The notes under the pieces: model-generated
Told to the model about the DNA's origin: nothing
Database searches by the model: none
The model's input: the letters and a program-made list of their open reading frames with translations, nothing else
Position numbers and translations under genes: made by a program
Source of the DNA: Clostridia bacterium
GTDB lineage: Bacteria; Bacillota; Clostridia; UBA1381
Direction of reading: 5' to 3'
Length of the DNA: 63,069 nucleotides
NCBI GenBank assembly: GCA_045577675.1
Contig: JAZNIV010000001.1
Coordinates: forward strand, 1 to 63,069
Shown: piece by piece, positions 50,144 through 58,288 of the stretch
How positions within the stretch are numbered: position 1 is the first letter of the stretch
Layout: each line of letters starts with the position of its first letter

Positions 50144-51861
50144 GCTGCCTCCTTCATCTGCTGTCCGGTTTTTGCCTGCACAGTCAGCGGCATACGTTTT
50201 GCAAATGCAAGTATGACTTGATTGGACATAGCATCAAGACCTGCTGTGATACTCTCTGCATTATCTATGTAGGTCGGATAACAAAGGCCGGTGAGGTTCT
50301 GTAAAAGCTTAGACACCTCCAGTCCCGCCTTGATTTTCTCTGAGTTTGATATCCAGCGATAGTCCTTGCCGTCATAGGTGAAACGGAACGTATCCTTGAT
50401 TTCGCCCGTGGATTTAACCACCTCAAAAAGCCGTATTGCCGCGTGATTCATTTTGAGCTTTGACAAGGTGATTTCGGCACGTTTTGCTTCATACTCCTGC
50501 AATGCAGCAATGATTTTTTGAAGCCCGGAAATCTGTTCAAAAAGCGCTGTATGCTGATTCTCCAACTTTTCAATCGTCTGCATTTCCTTCTCCGTATTGC
50601 ACATAGCCTCAACTTTCGCAGAATAAATTTCTATCTGCTTTTGCAGTTCTGAAAGTTCTTTGTACTCTTGTTCGGAAAGATTTCCACGGCTGATTTTGCT
50701 GTCTTGTGCGTCTGCATTTTTCAAACTGTCGATCTCTGACTGAACTTTTTTAATATCGTCCGCCTTATACTTCTCAAAAACAGCCATGCTCTGCCTATCC
50801 ATTTCTTCAAGCTTTCTGACAGCTTCTCTGGCAAGCTGTCCCTCCTCCCGCACTGCAAGAACGTCTTTTTTGAACGCAGCGATTATCTCCCTGATATTAT
50901 CCTCGGTAATCACTGTACGGCAGGTAGGACATACTTTGCCCACCTTGAGATTTGCAGCCTGTGCCTCGTATGATTTATATTTCTGCGCCAGAACATTGAG
51001 CTCCGTTTTTGCCTTCATAAGCTCTTTTGTGTACTTTGACTCATAGCCTTTTGCCTTTATCTCGGCAAGCTTTTGATAAAGCTCCTGTATTTGGAAAGCG
51101 TTTCCGGTCTGGGGTTTTGCTTTCATCGCTTCTATATCAATTCCCCGGTACTGTTTTTCCTCCAGTTCATTTTTACGGTTTACAAGACTTTCAAATTCCT
51201 TGATAACGGAGTCAATAGTATTCTCCGCCTCTGAAAACCGTTTTTTGAGTGCGTCTATCTGCCCTTCCAGATGAAGTGCATTTTCATTCAGCTCACGAAT
51301 TTCTCTCCGCTTATCCTTTATACACACTTCAGGTTCGGCAAAATCCTCCGCCTCCAGCAAAGTTTTAGAGATTTCACTCAAGCGGTCAAGTATCTCATTT
51401 TTCGGAATACCCGGCATGAGTTTTTGCAGAAATTCTTTTCCGTCGCCCGCCAGCTTTTCAATAAAATACAATGGGTTAAGAATTGACAGAAAGACATTTT
51501 TCTCCGCAAACACCGATGCCATATCCACCTGACGCATACTGTGCCCGTCAAGCATCGCTGATGACTCGGAGCCTGATTTTGTACGCAAAAGATTGTGTAC
51601 CTCTCCGTTTTCATCGGCAAAACACACCTCGACCGACATTTTATCAGCATTTGGATTTTTCAGCCTGTCACATGAATTCTCACCCCAAAAGGGTGTTCCG
51701 CAGAATGCAAAGCTTATCGCGTCGGCAATAGTAGTCTTTCCTTCGCCGTTTGCGCCTATAATATATGTCACCTTATTCATATCCGCTTCATATGGCTCTA
51801 AAAAACGTTTGAAACCCTCCATTTTCACTTTTAAAATAGTAATTTCTTTAATTTTGTCCAT
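50140..51861 (-). CDS. Rad50/SbcC-like AAA ATPase with a coiled coil and a CxxC hook
   Basis: The track ORF extends to 51891. The likely start is MDKIKEITILKV (51861) behind GAGGAGG. Walker A GANGEGKTT, mid-coil VCPTCRTV and C-terminal YIDNAES. Confidence 0.75.
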   Translation of the reverse strand: MDKIKEITILKVKMEGFKRFLEPYEADMNKVTYIIGANGEGKTTIADAISFAFCGTPFWGENSCDRLKNPNADKMSVEVCFADENGEVHNLLRTKSGSESSAMLDGHSMRQVDMASVFAEKNVFLSILNPLYFIEKLAGDGKEFLQKLMPGIPKNEILDRLSEISKTLLEAEDFAEPEVCIKDKRREIRELNENALHLEGQIDALKKRFSEAENTIDSVIKEFESLVNRKNELEEKQYRGIDIEAMKAKPQTGNAFQIQELYQKLAEIKAKGYESKYTKELMKAKTELNVLAQKYKSYEAQAANLKVGKVCPTCRTVITEDNIREIIAAFKKDVLAVREEGQLAREAVRKLEEMDRQSMAVFEKYKADDIKKVQSEIDSLKNADAQDSKISRGNLSEQEYKELSELQKQIEIYSAKVEAMCNTEKEMQTIEKLENQHTALFEQISGLQKIIAALQEYEAKRAEITLSKLKMNHAAIRLFEVVKSTGEIKDTFRFTYDGKDYRWISNSEKIKAGLEVSKLLQNLTGLCYPTYIDNAESITAGLDAMSNQVILAFAKRMPLTVQAKTGQQMKEAA

Positions 51862-51896
51862 AAGCTTCCTCCTCTTAAAATATGATTGCACCGTTA

Positions 51897-52667
51897 TTAA
51901 GCTGCTATATCATAACCCGTTATTATGTTATATGCTCCGGCTTGATTTTTTCCCTTTCGTATCCGCACATTCGTAATTCGTGTACCGTTTTGAAGCCGAT
52001 TGTCCACGCCTTGCATATATGCCTTATAGCGCGTCCCATCGCGGCTTAGTATCAGTGCGCTGTTTTCATCACGCACCTCAACTGCATTTACTTCAAATAC
52101 AGGATGATCTTCTGTCGTTTTAGACTTCGTATTATCTGTCTGTTTTGGTTTGTCGGACGCTGCGTTTGAGAATAGTTTATCAACCGTTTTATTATATATC
52201 TCTGTCAGCTTTTGCTGTCCGCTGTCGGTAATATAGTAGGTTCGTCCCCACTGCTTAACCGATACATTTTCTGCATTGAATTTATACAGATAGCGTCCGA
52301 TATTCCATTTGACAGCACATCTTTTGAAGGAGTCAGACAGTCCGCCCTTGACAGGCTCATGCTCTGTATTCTCTGCACCGTCGGTTTTGCCTATCCATTC
52401 CTTCAGGTCTTCATCATAGATATATATGGTACAAAGCTGCGCATATATCGGCTTGCCTTGATCGTCTATGCCTTTCCATTCACGGTAGTCGTCCTTCCAT
52501 CGGTTTTGACCAACTACCGCGTCAAGCCTGTCGGCAATCGCGCGTGCATCCAGGTATGGTACTGCTATTCCGGTCAATTTTTCCTTATTGATATTCTGCA
52601 GCCGCCACTTTACATCGCTTGACGGAAACGGTTTGCCAAATTCCTCGAAATATTTGTTCTCAGCCAT
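51897..52667 (-). CDS. Rad52/Sak-like single-strand annealing protein
   Basis: 256-aa ORF. FPSSDVKWRLQN..VPYLDARAIADRLDAVVGQNRWKDDY resembles the Rad52/22 family N-terminus. Confidence 0.65.
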   Translation of the reverse strand: MAENKYFEEFGKPFPSSDVKWRLQNINKEKLTGIAVPYLDARAIADRLDAVVGQNRWKDDYREWKGIDDQGKPIYAQLCTIYIYDEDLKEWIGKTDGAENTEHEPVKGGLSDSFKRCAVKWNIGRYLYKFNAENVSVKQWGRTYYITDSGQQKLTEIYNKTVDKLFSNAASDKPKQTDNTKSKTTEDHPVFEVNAVEVRDENSALILSRDGTRYKAYMQGVDNRLQNGTRITNVRIRKGKNQAGAYNIITGYDIAA

Positions 52668-52676
52668 AATTTCCTC

Positions 52677-53339
52677 CTACTTCCGGTTTATAAAATCCTG
52701 CAAAGTTTGTCCGTTGGGAATAAGCACATCGGAGTAATAGAAATCCGGTTCTTTTTCCTTTAAAAATTCGAGCATCGTACGGTATTCCATATTAAGACGT
52801 GTATTCTGCGGCGTATAGTAGTCGTTGTTATCCGGCATTGTAAAAATATAATACGGCATGTTTTCCAACTGCCACAGATACTTCACCGGCGGCAGCGCAT
52901 TACTGCCGATACACATGCTGAAATCCATAACATTTGAAAAAGGATATTTATACAGCCTTGTATCTTCCTTTAAAATTCCCATATCCGCCACCGTAACCTT
53001 AACAGATTCTACCTTCCCGTATCTGTCAAGCCAAAAGCCGTAGATAAGCCTCGGTATCGGAAAGTCCGTATACCCGGTTCTTTCATAAACCAAATTCATT
53101 CTCCTTGCTTTTAATTCCAGCGCAACAAACCGCCTTAATGTATTGGTTTCCCTATATGCAACACAGCCATCCGGCAGGACTCCGGTTTTGCACTCGGTCA
53201 TCTCCGATGACTTATTTAATATATCGCAAAAAGTATTCATATCAATAACCTTATGCTTCTTCCGCCGTCCCGCAGTATAGTCAACCTCAACATTCAGATC
53301 ATCGTTTACACAAAAATTCATTCCTATCAAATCATTCAT
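52677..53339 (-). CDS. Putative prokaryotic E2/UBC-like protein
   Basis: 220-aa ORF. Flap-plus-Cys motif YPFSNVMDFSMC(143)IGSN at about 52905-52943, similar to HPN[IV]..G.IC of E2 enzymes and to prokaryotic E2 families linked to E1/JAB. Confidence 0.45.
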   Translation of the reverse strand: MNDLIGMNFCVNDDLNVEVDYTAGRRKKHKVIDMNTFCDILNKSSEMTECKTGVLPDGCVAYRETNTLRRFVALELKARRMNLVYERTGYTDFPIPRLIYGFWLDRYGKVESVKVTVADMGILKEDTRLYKYPFSNVMDFSMCIGSNALPPVKYLWQLENMPYYIFTMPDNNDYYTPQNTRLNMEYRTMLEFLKEKEPDFYYSDVLIPNGQTLQDFINRK

Positions 53340-53947
53340 AATGCTGCCTCCAATGTTTCCGGCATATCAGCGTATTGCATTTTAAGTTCACGAAGTTTTC
53401 TTGTATATGCGTCAAAAATCGTTATCAATGCGATAACCACACCCGTCAAATTGCAGCAGCCCATGTTATAATCCAGATATATATGTATTGAGCTGGCATA
53501 TTTATGATTGATTTTTGTCCGCATATAACACCCCATTCCACCGCATATATAGCAATCAGTATTATAAAGCCATCTTTTAACAAAATCCGCCATTTCGCAC
53601 CTTTTCATTCGGTACTCCTTGCCGGATATTTGTCTATTTTTGTAGAGTTGGTACAGTCTGCGGTAATATTCGGTCATATCGGTACTTGAAAAGAAAAACT
53701 CGCTGTACAAAGCTTCGGAATCTTCATCAAAATTCCCGTTTTCATCCCGCATATATATTACCTTTTCCTTTACAAACTCCGCCGCATCATATAAATGTTC
53801 CATTTCTGTTTCATAATAGCTTTCAATATCTGCATCAAGCTGCGCATACGCTTTGGCAACACTTATCCCGCCTGCATCGTATGCCTCCTTCATAGCCTGG
53901 AGGATATTAAAAAAGGCGCTAATATCCGTGCTGCATAATTTTTCCAT
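53336..53947 (-). CDS. Hypothetical protein (mobile element)
   Basis: 203-aa ORF with an ATGA overlap with the E2-like gene. Cys-rich patch CYICGGMGC..GCCN. Confidence 0.6.
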   Translation of the reverse strand: MEKLCSTDISAFFNILQAMKEAYDAGGISVAKAYAQLDADIESYYETEMEHLYDAAEFVKEKVIYMRDENGNFDEDSEALYSEFFFSSTDMTEYYRRLYQLYKNRQISGKEYRMKRCEMADFVKRWLYNTDCYICGGMGCYMRTKINHKYASSIHIYLDYNMGCCNLTGVVIALITIFDAYTRKLRELKMQYADMPETLEAAL

Positions 53948-53956
53948 AACTGCCTC

Positions 53957-54265
53957 CTAATAGTATGTTCGTTTACCCGAAAAGATACCTTCGGCTCTGC
54001 GTATAATGTCAAACAGCTTACCGGCAGAATCCAGTTTCGGACAGATCGTTTCCTCAAAATACTCCATATAGTCCTGCAGGTCATCGCAGGTGAATTTTAA
54101 AAAATCCAAATCACCCACTTTGAAATCCTTGTCATTTACCATTTGTACTATAATGGTATCGTGCAGATACCGGAATCCCTTACTGTATTCCCTTTCTTTT
54201 TTAGGTCTACTCCTCAGCTTCACTATGCTGTCGTAGAAGCTCTGTTTATTTAATTCCATTTCCAT
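53957..54265 (-). CDS. Hypothetical protein (mobile element)
   Basis: 102-aa ORF with AAAGGAG 9 nt upstream of the ATG. Confidence 0.6.
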   Translation of the reverse strand: MEMELNKQSFYDSIVKLRSRPKKEREYSKGFRYLHDTIIVQMVNDKDFKVGDLDFLKFTCDDLQDYMEYFEETICPKLDSAGKLFDIIRRAEGIFSGKRTYY

Positions 54266-54279
54266 TACATTTTCTCCTT

Positions 54280-55638
54280 TTAAGACAATCTTTTCACTCC
54301 GTCAGCAGTCAAAATATTAAAAATCATTTTATTGACCTTGGTTTCTGTCAGCGTGTTGTTCTCGTGATCAAACCACTTTTTTGTATTCTTTACCACTCTG
54401 CCCTTTATAACGTGCGGATGGTCGCAGTCCATGTACCCATTTATCAATCCGCTTCCGCCTATCAATCCGACCTGTCCTACCGAAAGCGGCAGAAGCGGTC
54501 GCTTTTCTACAGCGTCAATGCGGCTTTGCTCAAACAACATATCAATAGATTTTGACCCGGCAAGCTGTCTTTTAAGTTCTCCCACATTAAATTCGGTACC
54601 CTTAAAGACCTCTACCTTCTTTTCCCTATCAGGAATACGGTAGGTAAGCGGTTTCAACTCCGATATAAACGGTATTTTTTCCGGCAGCATCGCATACTGC
54701 GAAAGTATTTGAGCCTGTTCGCTTCCGTCAGCTTTTGTCTTTTTTACACCGATTATTGCAATCTGTTTGAATTTTGAAAATTCCTTATCCATAAAGCGGA
54801 ATACCGAAATATTTTCGAAATTATCACAGATGATACGGCATATATCCCCTGTCAGGCGGTAGTATGGAATAACATAGATCATAATCCCGTCTGTCATAAG
54901 CTGATGAATGCTCTCGACCAGAAAGCGTTTTTCATGACGCGCTCTGCCATTTTCATTTATAACCGACAGATACGGCGGATTTAAAAACAACACATGAAAC
55001 GCTTCCGAACTGATATGCGAATAGAAATAGCTGCCAAACCCCACGCGGTCAAGGCGCGTTTCCGCTTCCTCTGCACGGCTTCTGTCAAGTTCAATACCAT
55101 ACGTAACAGCATTTTCCTGCATCGCCAGCATATTAAGCGCCAAACCGCAGCCGCAGCACGGGTCAAGCATATTGATTTTCTCTTTCGGGAACGTCAGACC
55201 GGCTTTAATCAGCTTGATATGCTCCAAGTCGGTCGGATAATATCCGAGCCGGATATTATTCATCAAGCGCCCGACTTTTGATGCGTCTGTCGTCTGTTCC
55301 GGTATCAATCCGCGCATATGCCGAACTGCTGCTATCAATTGTGTATAATCCGGCGTCATAAGGTTGAATTTCCTGACGGCCGGATACAGCTTTGCAGCAA
55401 ACTCAGCTCCGTCCTGAATATCGCATTCGCAAAAAAGAAGCCTTAGCGCCTGTACATTTTCCGTCAGTCCGGCTTTCATGCTTTCAAGCTCTTTATATAC
55501 CTCCTGCGCGCTTTTCAGATTATTTCTCCCGCGATATACCTCTATCGCATTACGCTTCACAGGCATCGCTTCAAGCATACCGTCGAGGCTCCTGCCAAGC
55601 TCTGCAAATCTTTCGAGCACATAATAACTTTCTGACAT
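54280..55638 (-). CDS. N6-adenine DNA methyltransferase (orphan; no cognate nuclease seen)
   Basis: 452-aa ORF. Motif I LDPCCGCGLAL, GIELD, and motif IV FLNPPY (residues 218-223). Confidence 0.75.
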   Translation of the reverse strand: MSESYYVLERFAELGRSLDGMLEAMPVKRNAIEVYRGRNNLKSAQEVYKELESMKAGLTENVQALRLLFCECDIQDGAEFAAKLYPAVRKFNLMTPDYTQLIAAVRHMRGLIPEQTTDASKVGRLMNNIRLGYYPTDLEHIKLIKAGLTFPKEKINMLDPCCGCGLALNMLAMQENAVTYGIELDRSRAEEAETRLDRVGFGSYFYSHISSEAFHVLFLNPPYLSVINENGRARHEKRFLVESIHQLMTDGIMIYVIPYYRLTGDICRIICDNFENISVFRFMDKEFSKFKQIAIIGVKKTKADGSEQAQILSQYAMLPEKIPFISELKPLTYRIPDREKKVEVFKGTEFNVGELKRQLAGSKSIDMLFEQSRIDAVEKRPLLPLSVGQVGLIGGSGLINGYMDCDHPHVIKGRVVKNTKKWFDHENNTLTETKVNKMIFNILTADGVKRLS

Positions 55639-55821
55639 TTACGCAGCCCTCCTGAGCTCCTGATATATATTTCTCTCAACTCTGCGTATATGTCTGGCTC
55701 GCTGCAGGTGCGGTTTTCCGTCGGCGCCGATCGTCTCAACGCTTTCCGTCACCGTTGTGACCGTTTTATCCATTGTCATAACAACCTCTTTGTTTTGGGT
55801 AAATATCATATTTTCTCTCAT
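55639..55821 (-). CDS. Small protein downstream of E1 (60 aa); role unknown, weak Ubl candidate
   Basis: The track ORF extends to 55872. I prefer MRENMIFTQNK.. (ATG at 55821) behind AAGGAG. Ends in ...ELRRAA. Its stop abuts the methyltransferase ATG. Confidence 0.45.
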   Translation of the reverse strand: MRENMIFTQNKEVVMTMDKTVTTVTESVETIGADGKPHLQRARHIRRVERNIYQELRRAA

Positions 55822-55864
55822 TTTTATTAACTCCTTTTTTAGAAATCTTTTCAGACTCATCTTA

Positions 55865-56584
55865 CTACGCAATTTTTTTCATCAGGTTTTTTCTTGCGGA
55901 AAACGCCACTCTCATGTTTTGCAAATTGCCCTCAATCAACAGGTAATACAGCATTGACACAATTGCCGCTGAAGCCATAACATTAGCAGCAATCGACTGC
56001 GGTGCGGATATACTGTGTTCAGCACAGGAAAGTTCGGACGGAAATTTTTCAATATCTGTTAAAATATCCGGATAAATACGTGCGGCCGGCTTTGAAACAA
56101 CGCGCCCGTAACGCTTTGCTCCGCATACAACCTGTCCTGTAAATTCACCGTTTCCGGAGTCGATGTAAATAAGGTTATCCATCGTGTTAAAAACATTATT
56201 GCACATTATTCTTGAACGGTTATTATCCACAGCACCAATCAGTATTCCGATAGGCTCTAAATCCCCGCTGCCTGTTTTCATACTCAGCAATTCACGCAAG
56301 CGTTCTTCGTCTTCAATATATTCGGGAACATATTCTGTTTCAATGCCGAACACACCCGAATACCTTGCCGCCATAACATTTGCTTTATTTTTGCCAACAT
56401 CATTGCCTGCAAAATTCTGTCGTATCAGATTTTTCTTTTCTACTGTGTCACCGTCTGCAATAACAATGCGTATATCCCGTTCAGACGCATATGCTATTCT
56501 GTAAAGATGCGGAATAACATATCCGCCCGTTCCGCCTGCACCTATAATAACAATATTTACAGGTCTGTCCATCTCCAGCTTCAT
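55865..56584 (-). CDS. ThiF/MoeB-type E1-like adenylyltransferase (adenylation domain only)
   Basis: 239-aa ORF. VIIGAGGTGGY, IADGDTVEKKNLIRQNF, DVGKNKA, GAVDNNRSR and IDSGNGEFTGQV. Confidence 0.85.
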   Translation of the reverse strand: MKLEMDRPVNIVIIGAGGTGGYVIPHLYRIAYASERDIRIVIADGDTVEKKNLIRQNFAGNDVGKNKANVMAARYSGVFGIETEYVPEYIEDEERLRELLSMKTGSGDLEPIGILIGAVDNNRSRIMCNNVFNTMDNLIYIDSGNGEFTGQVVCGAKRYGRVVSKPAARIYPDILTDIEKFPSELSCAEHSISAPQSIAANVMASAAIVSMLYYLLIEGNLQNMRVAFSARKNLMKKIA

Positions 56585-57888
56585 AACTGCTCCTCCTTAT
56601 GCTCGCCAACAATCGAAACAGCATCAAGCCAATAATCCGGAAAGGTATTTTTCCGCATTTCAAAAACCTCTGACGGATCTATTTCAACGAACTTGCCTCC
56701 CACCGAAATTCTTGTTCTGATCTGCGGGAAAAATTTATCCAGTCTGCCGATTACTGTATATATACGCGTTGCCTTTTCATCATCATTATCTATTTTAGAA
56801 AAGAATGCGCTCATTCTGTTATGCGAATGAATTTCCATGACAAGCGTGTATTCATCCTCAGGCAAATCCGGTAAAGCAGCCGATATTTCTGTCCCTGTAA
56901 CTCTCTGCTCAGGAACATACACCTCATATCTATGCCGCTGCTCCGACCAGTAAACCGCCGCCATCGCCTCTACTGCATAATCCTCGGTCACATAGCTTTT
57001 GAAGAAAGCGATTATCTGCTTCAAGATACACTCCGGTATCTTCGGCAAAGCCGGGATAAACCCGGCTCTTACCTTTTGATATACGTCTGCTTTTTGCGCT
57101 TTTGCAATAAACGCTCCTGCCTTCGTGTTTCTCACCTCATAAATGTTCCCATCATCAGACGGAACATAGCAAATCGCCTTTTTCTTTCCTATAGCGTCGG
57201 CAAGGCTTGTATATGCACCTTTGTATTCCGCCGCAAATCCTTTTTTCTTTGCAGCAACACAAGGCGTTATCTTGCATACAATATCCTCTTCCTTGCCGGT
57301 CTTTTTCTTGGCAAGACCATCAGTAAATTCTTTTGACTTTTCTATGTCCTTTTTAATGCTCGCAATGGTTGTTTTTTTCGGCTCTGAAATCTGCTTTGAT
57401 ACAGTACCGTACTCCACCTTCCATTTAACTGCCTGCGCATCGTCAAGCTCCGGGAAATCGTCCGACTTCTCGTATCTTAACTTATCAAAGGTAATTGAGG
57501 GATCTGCTATCTCCTCATTCGCCTTTCCGTAAACAAATACCGGCAGCTTATCCTTTAGGCTGCTCTTGATCTCTTCTGCTTTTTTCTCCTTTGCCGCGGC
57601 AACTGCTGCTTCAAAGGGATTATCGTCCTGCTCTGCGGAATTTTCTTCGGCAGCAGGCTTCGCCTCCGATATATCGGTTTGTAGGTCATTTATTTCCTCC
57701 TTCACAGGTTCAGGTGTTAATTCGGATTTGCTATTCTCCGGCGTTTTTTCCGGCTGTACGGTTTCTTTGACTTCTGATGAAAATATACTTTCCGCACCTC
57801 CGAACAAATCGTCTGCCATATCAAATCCGCTTCCCAAATCCAAATCTCCGCTTTCTCCGAAAATGTTCAAATTGTCTTTCTCCAACAT
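56581..57888 (-). CDS. JAB/JAMM metallopeptidase with an acidic low-complexity N-terminus
   Basis: 435-aa ORF. Exact HxHx7SxxD motif EIHSHNRMSAFFSKID (56788-56829). The N-terminal ~110 aa are rich in D/E/P/S. 4-nt overlap with the E1 gene. Confidence 0.85.
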   Translation of the reverse strand: MLEKDNLNIFGESGDLDLGSGFDMADDLFGGAESIFSSEVKETVQPEKTPENSKSELTPEPVKEEINDLQTDISEAKPAAEENSAEQDDNPFEAAVAAAKEKKAEEIKSSLKDKLPVFVYGKANEEIADPSITFDKLRYEKSDDFPELDDAQAVKWKVEYGTVSKQISEPKKTTIASIKKDIEKSKEFTDGLAKKKTGKEEDIVCKITPCVAAKKKGFAAEYKGAYTSLADAIGKKKAICYVPSDDGNIYEVRNTKAGAFIAKAQKADVYQKVRAGFIPALPKIPECILKQIIAFFKSYVTEDYAVEAMAAVYWSEQRHRYEVYVPEQRVTGTEISAALPDLPEDEYTLVMEIHSHNRMSAFFSKIDNDDEKATRIYTVIGRLDKFFPQIRTRISVGGKFVEIDPSEVFEMRKNTFPDYWLDAVSIVGEHKEEQL

Positions 57889-57950
57889 AAATTTCTCCTC
57901 CGTTTTTTTTACTTGTTTTTTGTGTCCCTATCGCTGAAGATATCACCTCC

Positions 57951-58283
57951 CTATGCTGCCATATCGCAAAGTGATACGGGCATTGGTGATATATGTGAAA
58001 GCCGATAATTACACCGGCTGAGTTTTTGACATATTTCCTCGCTCATATCCCTGTCGTCGGGAATGATATCGGCAAATGCGAGCGTATCGGTAATCATATA
58101 ATCAAGACTCAGTACGTGCCCTTCACGTTTCTTCTTCGCATAATAACAGGACAGAGCCGAACGCATATGGTTTTTTGCGATTGTTTCAAAGCTGTAAGCC
58201 TTCAAATCCTCACGCTCGTCGTACTCCTTGACTGCACGCAGAAACCGAAACACTACCACATCATAAAACTCTTCCTTCGGCAA
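57951..58283 (-). pseudogene. Sigma-70 region-2-like protein fragment, apparently 5'-truncated by the IS
   Basis: FYDVVVFRFLRAVKEYDEREDLKAYSFETIAKNHMRSAL resembles sigma region 2.1-2.3. The frame stays open upstream into the IS end, the track start is a TTG, and no region-4 HTH is present. Confidence 0.4.
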
Positions 58284-58288
58284 ATGCG

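Larger units (their letters stand above)
46700..58288 (-). mobile_element. Remnant of an integrated mobile element (partition, replication, recombination and Ub-like conjugation module). The left border is approximate and the right border is cut by the IS
   Basis: 14 co-directional, mostly overlapping ORFs with phage/plasmid/ICE-type functions. The region looks GC-richer than its neighbours. No capsid, terminase or T4SS genes are present in the window. Confidence 0.6.

Noticed and set aside
55865-56584. ThiF-like gene considered as thiamine or molybdopterin biosynthesis, or as part of a type II CBASS or Bil defence operon.
   Set aside because: The window has no ThiS/ThiG/MoaD/MoaE neighbours, no CD-NTase or effector, and no recognisable Ubl ending in Gly-Gly. 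The context is a ParB/primase/recombinase mobile-element string, so a PRTRC-like reading fits better.
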